Positions 1-11,686 of a stretch of DNA of 64,000 nucleotides are shown piece by piece (position 1 is the stretch's first letter; every line of letters begins with the position of its first letter). Made by a program: the position numbers and the translations under genes. Location of the stretch: positions 318,224 through 382,223 of the forward strand of contig JAAOMT010000201.1 in NCBI GenBank assembly GCA_016748015.1, given 5' to 3'. The DNA is from Geosiphon pyriformis uo1. Lineage: Eukaryota; Fungi; Glomeromycota. The notes below the pieces were generated by a model. It did not search any database, had not been told where the DNA came from, and was given only the letters and a program-made list of their open reading frames with translations.

Positions 1-3000
1 TCTCTTGGATGCTTCTTTGGAACTTTCCCCACCTTTGAAGAATCTGGTCAACATTTTTCTTTGCAAATCTTTTGCCTTGGATATTGGATTGGACAAAGTA
101 GTTGGAAAATCATCTTATAAGAAGCTTCAAGTGGTTAAAAGGTTGTTTGCAAAAATCAATGGTTTTGGGAGAGTTTTTACCCCCTTAAAATTTGCTGGAA
201 TTATCAGAACAATGTTTATTTCCGAATTGAGTTTGGTGCAGGCTTCTAAAAAAGCTAAAGAAACAAAAATTTTGGTAAATACTGATCTCAAAAAATCATC
301 TGAACATTCAGATTGGGCTGTGGTGCTGAAGGAAATTTCAATTGAAACATTGGTTGTGGCTGTGCACACTGCTCTGTCCAAATTTGGATCAATCAAGTTG
401 ATCAAAATGCAACTGATAGGGCTGTGACAAAAAGCAGTGGTTGAATTTGACCAGATGAATCATGCTGATTTGGTTGCAGCAAAATAGTCTATCCTAATCA
501 GAAAAGATGCAGTATGGATTGCTAAATCAGATGTGGACAAAGATTCATGGGATGCAAAAAATGTTTACAAGGCCTTTTTGTATACTCTACCAATGGGGAT
601 TAATGTACATAATATTTGGAACTATATTATTTCAGTAGGTGAGAAAACTTGTGTCATAGATTGGTATCCAGTTTCTTATGCCCAGGCCAGATGTGCTTCT
701 GTTTGTTTTAAGTTTGCTGAATCTCTGGATGCTGTTATAGAAACCATGCCTGTTTTGAAAGGGGCCAATCTATGATAGTCTTGTCTTGTTTCGGTAAAGT
801 GTGTTGAGTATGGGAAAATGTGTCATACTTCCTTATTTTGTTCTGTTGACATAAAAAAAAATGCTTTTTCTGGTGCTTTCTTATGGAAAACTCTGTCAGA
901 TTCAGATAAAAGCAGGCTGGCTATCATTTATGCCAAATGCTTAGCTCCAGTTGCTTATCTGGTTTCTTTTGAGAATGTCTCCTGAGCATAAATTGCTGGT
1001 GAATTTCCCTTTTCTTCTCTCCTTGTTTGAAATGGTTTATTGAGTGCAGACTATTCTTCAGAGTTGAAGTCTGCCCTACTGGTTTCGTCAGATGTCAATA
1101 ATAGGTTTGCCACTCTTGAGCACAGTCTTGTCAGCCTTGTAGAGCACATTGACAAGCTGGCTAAGAGGTTAGACACATCTGGGCCAACAGTTTCTCAGCT
1201 TAGCCCTAGACGTCAGTCATTGGTGATCCCTTCATCACAGAATTAAGGGTGGATATAGTAATAAGTGAGAGTTTGGGTGTGGCCACTAGTGGTGAGACTG
1301 AGGTGAGAGTGGTGATGTTTGATTCCTCTGTTATCAAAAAGTTGAAGAACACTTTGCACAATCTGTCAATTATGGTCATGGGCCTTTTGGCCAAAATAAA
1401 CAATGCTGGTTTGGTTCTTGCTGCTCTCTCTTTTCAATGACTAAGCTAATTTAGAAGGTTGCTACTTGTAATGTTCAAGGTCTCAATGTCCTTGCCAAGC
1501 AAGAAGATGTTGTTTGTTGGCACAAAAATTTGGGTAACATGGTGTCTATAATTACTGAAATGAAATTAAAGCCTGGTGTCAGACCATAGATTATAAACAA
1601 ATTTGAAAGTGTGCGCATTTTCACATCTGGTCTGGATAGTGGGTTTCTTGGGGTGGAGGTGGCGATAATTATGAACAATTTTCTGGCTCGACATGTTTCT
1701 AAAGTGAAGAAGGTTCTTAGTCACATTGTTTCAGTGCACCTTCTATTCAAGAGTAGAGTTTCAGTCTCTATTATTGGTTTGTATGCTTGTGTATCTTTGG
1801 GTGACCATTTTAGACAGGCATTCTGTATTAATTTTTTCATAGCTTAAGTGGTCAACTCCAGCAGTTTTGTTGTTTTTGGTAGTGACTTTAATGAAGGCAA
1901 ATCTATAAAGAGTGCAAGTTATGGATTTTGTTTGGGTCTGGGCTTAATCAATTCCTTTGGTGAACACTCTTTAGTTAAGGCTTCTACATAGAGCAACTCG
2001 AAAGGCATTAAAAAAGTTATTAATCATATTTTAGTTAGTGAATCTCTGATTTTAGCTGTGGCTGGTTACAAGATTGAAGCTATATCTGAATTTTTCAATA
2101 CTGATTACAGAGCTGTTTTAGTCTTGGTAGACTTAGGTGGGCTTTTGGACATTAGATTAGGGGGCTTGCACAAACAAGCGAATAAAAATTGTTAGAAATT
2201 CAAGCTGAAGAATGTAAATGTTAATGGATGGAAACATTTTGGGGAGTGCTCTTTGAACAATTTTTTGAAGGAATTAGGTGATTTTCATGCTGCAGAACAC
2301 AATGGTGATTTGGAAAAAATGTGGGACATTCTTAAAAAGGTAATGATTGTTTCTGCTGATAAGATATTCTCTAGACTGTGGTTTAGTGAGTTTGAAGATA
2401 TAAGAAACAAAGTGTCTTCAAAGTTCCAGAAACTGGAATTATTGATGCCCAAAATTGTCAGTAGTTTGAATTCAGGTTTAGTTTTAAAGACTAACCACTT
2501 GGTTGGCATTTGGATAAGCATGGATGAAAATGAGGCATCCATAGTTCATATAATGATTGATAAAGGTGTCAAAGTTGAGGTTATTTTACGTCAAATTTCT
2601 GCTGCCAAGAAGTATTATTGCAGATCCAAGTATCACAAGTCCAGAGTTGCCAGGAATAATTTCATCAAGGTGGCTGTATTGAAATGCATAAAAAACTTTT
2701 GTTCAAATAAAAGGTGAATGATAAAAAGCATTCTAAATTGGTCTTTCAGGAAGGTGGTTCTTGATCATTTGATTGTTAATGATGAGCTTATTTTGGAGCC
2801 TCAAACAGTCAAATCTTTAATTGATACTATAATGGAGAGTTGAACAAAGAAATGCCTGGTTTCTGGTGTTTTGCCAAGTCATTGGTCTAAACAGTATACT
2901 CTCTTAGGTCATGTAAATGATGATACATTTTCAGAAGTTATGAGTGATATTGGCAGGAAAGAACTTTTGCAGGTCATTAGGGACTTGCTGAATGGCAAGG

Positions 3001-6000
3001 CTGTTGGACTTTCTGGCATTCCCAATGAACTCTGGAAACACAGTAATTCTTCAGTCTTTGATGGTTTTTTGTGCATTTTCAATAGGTGTTTAATATCTGG
3101 AGGGGTTCCTACACAATGGAGAAAGTCCTGGGTTTTTATGATTCCTAAACCTTATAATTGGGAGAGCACTCTTACCAATATTAGACCAATAGCACTAATT
3201 GAGACTGCCCAAAAAATTTTGTCTAAAATCTTTTCAGACAGGATCTCTTTGGCTTGTAGCAAGTTTGACGTTTTGCAGGGTAACAATTTCTCAGTGTTGA
3301 AAGGCACTTCTATGCAATCTCCTATTTTCACTGTTAGATTAATTGTCAAAGATGCTCTGGAGAAGAACAGGAAGCTGTGATTAGTGTTTCAGGATATGTG
3401 CAAGGCCTATGATTCTGTCAGGTGGTCTTATTTGCTCAATAGTCTGGTCAAGATCAAAATGTGTCCTCATTTCATTAATTTTTTCAGTAGTATTTACAAT
3501 GGTAGATACAATTAAGTAATGATGGATTTTGGTTTGTCTGATGGTTATATTGTGTATAATGGTCTGAATCAAGGGGAAGTATTTTCTCCACTACTATAGT
3601 GTATCTTCTATGATCCACTACTATGTAAAGTCAAAAAGCATGAACAATTATATAACTACTCTATGTGTTCAAAATTTTACACTAAGTCTGGAAAACCAGA
3701 CCCCAACAATAACAGGACTTTGTTTTTTGCCACAGGTGCCTTTGTTAATAATACAATCTGAATTGGAAACTGTTTGACAACAATACAAAATATCTTGAAC
3801 ATAGCCACTAAGTTTTTTTTTATCAATGACATTGCAATAAATACTGAGAAGACCATTGCTGTCCCCATCAATCAAGATGTCAGAGAAGTTAAACTTTTTA
3901 TTAGTGGGTTAAGAATTTCAGTGGCCAAGAGGGGCAAATCTTATCATTATTTGGGAATTTTTTTGTCAACTGACAGTCTTTTTAAGCCAAGTTTAGCCAA
4001 AGCCCATAATAATATAAAATTTTTTTCAAATGTAATATTGAGGAAGGCTATTACTGAGAAGCAATTTTTGTATTTGGTGTCTGCTGTTTTGCAGTCTATT
4101 ATTTGTTACAGACTTCAATTTAGTTTTGCATTCAGAAGTGTTTGTGAAAAATAAAACAATTTTTTGAAAAAAAAGCTTAAGTTCAAGGTGAACCTGTCTA
4201 GAGACTTTTCTAGTACAGCATTACATCATCCTGAACTATATGACCTGAAACGTTTTGAACAGATGCTTTCTGAAAGTATGCTGGCCAACCTGATCAATTT
4301 TAATAATGCTGGCAGAATTCTCGGTAGATTTTTCGCCCACAGGACAATGGATTTACAGGCTACTAGCTGGATGCCCCAACACTCTCTCTGTTTTCCGGTC
4401 ACATTATCTGTCAGTTTTTTGGATTGCTTTTTGGCTGGTACTACACATGTTTTTGCTTTGTGCAAGACCTCCTTAAGTGGTTTTTTTTCAAATGTTTTTT
4501 AGGCTGAGAAAGATGTGTCGATATTGGATGTGTTGGGCCTGATTAGTTACTTGGGTGTAAGGAATTCTCTTAGGAAATATGGCCTTATTTTTACCAACCA
4601 ACTATTGGATCATCATGGTATGTGCTTTACTTGGAACACTTTTTGTAGATGGAAGAGACTCAATTCAAGAAATCCAGTTCCTACCTGGTTTATATTCATT
4701 ACTAATTTTGTTAAGAATAGTGGTTTGGGCAATGGAGTGTCTGTGATGTTTTGTTCTGTTTCTGCCAAATTTTTTTATAACATTCATTTTGCTTCTGAAC
4801 ATTTGGTGGTCTCTGAGTGTAGATCTATTGTAGTTTACACTGATGGGTCTGTCAAAGGTTTGGGTTCTATTGGTGCCTGTGGTGGCACTGCTGCCTATTT
4901 TCCTAAAGCCAATGCTAGTATAGGTGTAAAAATTCTTGGCCTGTTGTCTTTAACACTAGTAGAACTGCAAGCCATTGCTTTGGCATTGGAGTGTGTATCT
5001 GTTTTCAGCGTGGTTACATTATTTACAAACAGTTAGACAGTGCTAAATATATGTAAGTTTGATGTGGGAGTACCTGGTCCTGATTTTTGCTGCAAATATT
5101 GGATAGAGAAAGAGCATGTTTGTCAGGTTGTTTCAAAGAAGAATCTGTTAGTTATGTGAAAAAAGGTTAAAGGACATTCAGATATTGTCAAAAATAACCG
5201 TGCAGATTTTTTTGCTAATGCAGCAGTTCTATTTAAGTCTGTACTGTCTCTGGATGTGCCATTTTGTTTTTTTCGGATTGAAAACAGGCCTGTTTCTGAA
5301 AATGCACATCATTTCATCAAAAATTTGTTTGATGCCATCAATTTTGTCAGTTAAGAATCCAGTTGCAGTGCCAGCATTATTGATGTTGGTATTGCTGGTG
5401 ATGTTGATATGCCTAAATTGTTCAGTGTTTGGCACTCTGATGGAAAGATCTGCTCCAGTTATACTAGTTTGTCTTTGGCTACTCTGCAGTCTTATTTTAT
5501 GAAGGCTCTGCATCGCTGCCTGCCAGTTGCTGTGAGGAAAAAGCTGTACAATCCCAAATATTCTAGTGTGAGGTGCATCAGGTATGGAATGGTTGAGGAC
5601 TCTGATTACATGTTTCAGTATATGTATAATAATAACATCAGAAAATTTATACTGTTGTTCATTAACAAGATGTAAGATAAGATGGCTGGTGAATTTACTG
5701 TAAAGAGTAGGATAGAACATTCTCTGCATAAGACTGAGTTATCTGGTGAATTGTACATGTTGTTGGCCAAGGGGTTTGTGTTGAAAAGCTGGGCTGCTGA
5801 TGCCATTCAATGTCTTGGCTCTGTTTCTGGTGGCTGTTTGATTATCAAGTTGGTTTGCAGTCTTACAGAGAATCATAGAATAAATATATGGTTGCCTGCA
5901 GCCAAACTAAGGGCCTTCTATGAGAAACACAATCTCCTACTACAGGATAGATTTGTGGTGCTTTTGATTGCTGGTTTGTTGGATGTTTGGGCTGTTGATG

Positions 6001-6256
6001 TCATCTGTAGCTTTGGTGTTAGGTTGGGTATTCATGTAAGTTTTGGTTTGTGTTCCTGTCTTGTTGGATTGGGATTCAGTTCCTTGTATAATATTTCTTT
6101 AATAGATCTTGTGAGTATATAGTGCTGCCTTAACTGGGCCAAGTGTCTGGTCACATATAGAAAAGGCATGAGCCATACTTAATTTAGAATCTTATTTGAT
6201 TTTATGTACTTAGGTAGTAGTTGGGCTGCACTCATTAATAATAATAATAATAAAAA
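1..6256 (+). mobile_element. LINE-1 of this window: degenerate non-LTR retrotransposon, 5' end beyond the window. ORF1 to 1440; ORF2 1437-6122 (APE endonuclease, RT, RNase H, C-terminal Cys motif)
   Basis: ORF2 starts MTKLI*KVATCNVQGLN (APE). RT motifs IPKP..RPIALIE, QDMCKAYD and GLNQGEVFSPLL. RNase H YTDGS..ELQAI..KVKGHS. Short 3' UTR and (TAA)n/A tail at 6235-6256. Many premature stops. Confidence 0.93.
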
Positions 6257-6409
6257 TATTTTTTTATAAATACATATTTTGTAAATAAATTTGTAATTAT
6301 ATTATAAAATTAATATAAATATATTAACAATAAAGTTTTAATAAGTTAAATATATATTTAAAAACCAACTAAATATAACAAAATAAAAATATTAAAACTT
6401 CTTTTTTTT

Positions 6410-9400
6410 ATTCATCCCAAAAATTCCCAAAAAAGAATCTAAAGTTTTTTAAAAAAAGTTTTTTTTCATCATTCAATATGATAAAACCAAACCATTTTTC
6501 AATTTCGAGACCACTGTTGACCTAAGCATTGCTATCATAAAGAAGGTTATTAAGAATTTTGGCTCTGGTAGAAGTTTTAAACCTGTTTTGTCAAGGAAAA
6601 AGAGGAAAAGTAGTGCTTTGAAGAAGAGTATTGGGAACAAGAAAAAATTTACTCAGATGCCAAGTGGTCTTTTATGGAGTTCTGAGACTGGTGACACCAC
6701 CAAGTCTGATAGTATAGATATGGAGAAAGAATGTCTAGTAGAGGAGACCAGCTTCAACTATAGTAAGGGTGGTATTCTTGCTGATGGGGATCCTAATCAG
6801 ATGCCTAAAAAACCAGGTGTTAAGACCAAGAAAGCATTGGATAAGTCATTAGGAAAATTAAATTTTTTAGGTTATGATATTAATAATAATGTTCTTTTAG
6901 ATGCCTTCTTGAAATTCTCTTCTCCCTTGAAGAAATTGGTTAATGTTTCTGTTTGTAAATTTTTTACATTGGATATCAGTTTAAACAATGTTGTAAAGAA
7001 ATCTTCTTATGAAAAGCTAATGGTAATTAAAAAATTATTTTTAAAGTCAATAGTTTTGGGGAGGCCTCTACTTCCTCAAAATTTTCTGAGATCATCTGTG
7101 TTTCTTTTATTTTTGAATCTAGTTTAATACAGGCTATGGAAAAGACAAGAGCAGCAAACATTTTGGTAAACACTGATCTTAAAAAATCTGCTAGTCACTC
7201 AAATCAGGCTATAGTGTTAAAGGAAATTCCAGTTGGAATGTTAGCTGAGATTGTGCATACTGCACTATCTGATTTTGGATCAATCAAGTCGATTAAGATG
7301 CAATTAGTGGAGCTGTAACAGAAAGCAATGATTAAATTTGACTAGATTGATCATGCTAATTTGGTTACAGCAAAATGGTCTATCCTAATTGAGAAGGATA
7401 CAATATGTGTTGCTAGATCCAATATGGACAAAAAATTATGGGATGCAAAGAATCTTTACAAAGCCTTTTTGTACACTCTGTTAATAGAGACTAATGTGCA
7501 TAATATTTGGAACTACATTATTTCAGTAAGTGGAAAAACTTGTGTTATTGACTGGCATTCAGTTTCTTATGCTTAGATTAGATGTGTTGCTATTTGTTTT
7601 GATTCTGCTGAGTTTTTGGATGCTATTATAGGGACCATGCCTGTTTTGAAGAAAGCCAATCTGCACTGGTTTTATTTTGTTTTGGCTAAGTATGCTGAAT
7701 GTAAAAAATTGGGTCATACATTCTTGACTTGTCCTGTTGATGAGAAAAAAATTGTTTTTTCTGGCAATTTGTCTTAGAAAATTCTTTCAGATTCAGATAA
7801 AAGCAGACTGGCTACTATTTATGCCAAATGCTCAGCTTTAGTTGCTTGTCTTGTTTCTTTTGGAGGTGTTTTTTGGGTGCAAATTGCTGGTAGGTCTTCC
7901 TTTTCTCTTCTTCTTGTTCAGAATAGTTTGTTAAGTACTGACTACTCTTTGAAGTTGAAGCCTACCCTGTTGGTGTCTTTGAAGTTGAATGATAGGTTTG
8001 CTGCTCTTGAGCACAGTCTCATCAGTCTCACAGAACATGTTGATAAGCTGGCTAAGAAGTTGAACACACTTAGACTAATGGTTTCTCAGCTTAGCCTTAG
8101 ACATTAGCTGTTGATAACCCCTTCATTACAGAATCAAGAGGCAAATATAGTGATAAGTGAAGATTTGGGTGTGACCATTAGTGACAAAACTGTGGTAAGA
8201 GTAGTGGTATTTGATTTCTCTATTATTAAAAAAATGGAGAAGACTTTGAACAATCTGTTAATTACAGTCATGAACCTTTCAGCCAAAATAGACAATGCTG
8301 GTATGATTTCTGTTATTCACTCTTCTTAATAACCAGTCTTGTATGGAAGATTGTTATATGTAATATTAGAGGTATAACAAATTTGGCAAAACAGAAGAAC
8401 ATTATTAGATAGTATTTGGAATCTGGTAACATGGTTTCTGTTCTTATTAAAACTAAGTTAAAGTTGAGTGCTGGGTCTTGAGTAAAGAACAAATTTAAAG
8501 GTGTTAGAATTTTCACTTCTGGTTTGAAAAAAGGTTTTTTTGGTACAGGTGTGGCTATTGTAATGAATAGTTTGCTGGCTTGTCATGTTTCAAAGGTTGA
8601 AGAAATTCCTGGCTGGTTTATTTCTATTTATTTGTTATTTAAGAATAAGCTTTCAGTGACATTTCTGGGTTTGTATGCTGGTGCTTCAGCCAGAACAAGA
8701 TTTGCTCAGGCTTTTGATGTTAACTCACTTATTTCTAAGGCTGTAAATACAAGCTTTTTCATAATACTTGGTAGTAATTTCAATGAAGATAGAGCTAAGA
8801 AGTGTGTCAGTTTTAAGAAGTGTTTGAATCTAGGTTTGGTCAACTTGTTGGATGGATCTTTTTTGCATAAATCAAGCACTTAGAACAACTTTTATAAGAT
8901 TAGTAAAATTATCGACTACATTTTTGTAGGTGAAAATCTGGTCTTAATTGTTGTTGGGCATGAAATTACTTTAGTGTCTAAATTTTTTGATACTAATCAT
9001 AATATGATTAGAATTTCAGTAGGATTAAGGGGCTTGGTAGATGCCTGTCTAAACAGTGTTTGTAAACAAACTAACAGGAACTGATGGAAGTTTAGGATTA
9101 AAGATGCAGATGCAGCCAAGTGAGTGTGTTTTAAAAAACTTTTTTTGGCTTTTTTGGCTGTATCTTCAGATTTTTTTCTGGTCACAAAAAAGAGAGGTGA
9201 CCTGAATGAGATGTGAGAGGTTTTGAAAGGTGCAGTTTATGGTTCAGCAAATGAAATATTTTCCAAACATTGGTTCTGTAAGTTTGACTGTTCAAGAAAC
9301 AAGCAGTCTTCGAGGTTTTTCAAATTGGAATTTTTGATCACTAAGATTTTGAAGTGTCTGTGTTCAGATTGTGTGTTAGAGTTTGATCAACTTGTTTAGA

Positions 9401-10024
9401 TTTGGTCAACTCTTGATAATATTAAGGCTTCTAAGTTTCGCATTATGCTCTAGGGCAGTTTGAAGTCAGATGTGTTGTATAGTCATTTGTCAAAAGTTAA
9501 AAAAGATTATCAGAAGTCCAAATACTATAAGGCTAAACTTGCCAAAAGTGGACACATTAGAGATGTAATTGATAAGTGTATAAAGAGTTTCAATTCAAAT
9601 AAAAGTGATATGATTAGGAGTATTCTGGAACAACTATTCCACAAAGTTGTTCTGGATTATTTGGTAATTGGGGATGAGCTGATTTTGGAACTTGAAGATA
9701 TAAGATCCAGAATTGATAAAATTATGGTGAATTGGACTTGCAAAAGGAAAAGTTTTTCTGTTTTGCCTGATTTATGGGCTTGTTAATATGCCCTATTAGC
9801 ACACATAGATGATAATACTTTTTCGAGCATAATGTGTAATATTAGTTTGGACAAATTGTCTTTGATGGTTAGTGAGTTGCCTGATCATAAAACCACTAGT
9901 CTGTTTGACATACCTAATAAGTTGTGGAAGTGTGGTGGTAATGATGATATAATGGCATGTCTTCTGAATTTATTGAACTTTTGTTTGAAGACTAATAATG
10001 TTCTTATTGCTTGGAAGAGAGCAT
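6410..10024 (+). mobile_element. LINE-2, 5' part (ORF1, endonuclease, start of RT), interrupted by LTR element A
   Basis: ORF1 fragments are homologous to LINE-1 (ILVNTDLKKS, WDAKN.YKAFLYTL). The RT reading WKRA stops at 10024 and resumes as *VFMIPKPYDW after 20007. The 5' boundary is approximate. Confidence 0.9.
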
Positions 10025-10931
10025 TGTTACAGGTAAACTTGGTGGGATATAATGGTAATATTTGGTGCTCTATTTTTGAGTCTATCAAGGTTGTTTGCTC
10101 TTTTTGCAGTATCAGTGTTATCAATCTCTGAAGGTTTATTCCTGGCTGTGAATTTACCCATTGAGTCTTTTGGTTATAAGGCACAGAGTTTGTCTTTCAT
10201 CAATTGTAACATTTTCCATAAATGTGAACTTTCTTTTCCATGCTAACGAGCACAGTTATTAGGGTCTGGCATTGTCTTTTCATCCTTCTGGTAAGCTACC
10301 AAGATAACGTTAATATCCAAAACTTAGAAGGAGCTTCCTTTTTTTACCAGGCTATCACAAAGTTTATTTCAAGACAGTCAATTTTCTTATATTGCCACTC
10401 CAAACAAAAGAAAAAAAAAGAAAATAAAAAAAGAAAAAAAAAAGAAAAAAAAAAGAATTAGTTCCTGTCAATCACTGTGATCAAGAGTGATTGGTCTAAA
10501 TTGTTAAGGGTTTAAGGTGTTTATGCTAATGGCATCTGTTCTAGAACAAGATAGGAAATACTGATTTTAATTTTCAATTAAAATTTGTAATATTGGAGAA
10601 CATGAATTGGTAATTTAGATTTCTTTTTGGTTTTTGATAATTAGTGTATTTCGAATTATGGATATATGATAAGTGTAATACAAAATAAATTTTATTGTTA
10701 ACTAACTGTCTAACTAACTGTTTTTTTAACTTCTACAACTACTTGCTTTTATACATTCTTTTGGTTTTACAGGATTGTTTTCAATTGCTTTACTATTGCT
10801 AACTATTGCTTGTTATTGTTAGCTATTGCTTGTATTTGTCTTGTGTTATCTCGAATTGTACTGAATTTTTTTTGTCACATTTCTTTGTCACATTTTTCCA
10901 TAGCTTTTTGGTTTTTTCTACTCAGGTAACA
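10025..10931 (-). repeat. 3' LTR of element A (907 bp)
   Basis: TGTTAC...GTAACA termini; direct repeat of 19000-20003; adjacent to the PPT. Confidence 0.93.
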
Positions 10932-10945
10932 TTATCTCTCTCTTT

Positions 10946-11686
10946 TTAAAATTGAGCTCTTGTGAAATCATCTATTTCAGTCAAGTTTGTGTTTTCCATA
11001 AAGAACTTGAATGTTGCCTTCAGTATTGCTTTTTGTAGAACTTCAAATTGGGTGTTTGTCTTCTGTTCTATGTTGTTAACTGTGATAGTTTTCAGAGTTT
11101 TGTCTAGTAATACCATTGAACAGTGTTTAAATGCTGAATGTAGTCAGTATGTTGCTTTGTAGTATAGGTTTAAGTTGTTTCTTCTCACAAATTCTTCTAC
11201 TTGTCTGCAGGCTTCTTTGTTGATTGTTCAACAGTTGAGGTTTTTGTATGGGCTATTTAATCTTAATTGCAACCCAATTTTAAATAGCCAATAGATGAAT
11301 AGAAGTTCTTTTTTCCATTTCTTTATGTTTTTAGGTGTCCATTCTCCTGTTACCTGCTCCAATGTTTTCTTGTTCAGCCCCTCCCTTATTTCCTCAATTC
11401 TTACCTAACACAGTTTTATTTCTGTTACCTTCCTCTTCTTTTTAGCTGTATTGGGTCCTATTCATGCCATATTCCTTTTTCTTTTTCTTTTTCTTTTATA
11501 GAGAGAGGTTTGCTGGTAAGAGCAGAACAGCTTAGTTCTAATTGAACTCTCGTCCATCCCTTTCTTGCTTTTATCCCTGTATTATATCTCTTTTTTATCA
11601 ATTGTGATTTCTATTTGAGTGAAAGATTGTTGAATTGTATCAAACAGTTGTTTCAAAAGTTGTAGAATTTGATTTAAAAGATCCAT
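10946..11686 (-). pseudogene. ORF3 of element A, unknown function (about 247 codons, in-frame stops)
   Basis: Hand translation gives a single frame MDLLNQILQLLKQLF...QVEEFVRRNNL...DDFTRAQF*. Homologous to 34292-34915. TATATATA at 11728-11735. Confidence 0.75.
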
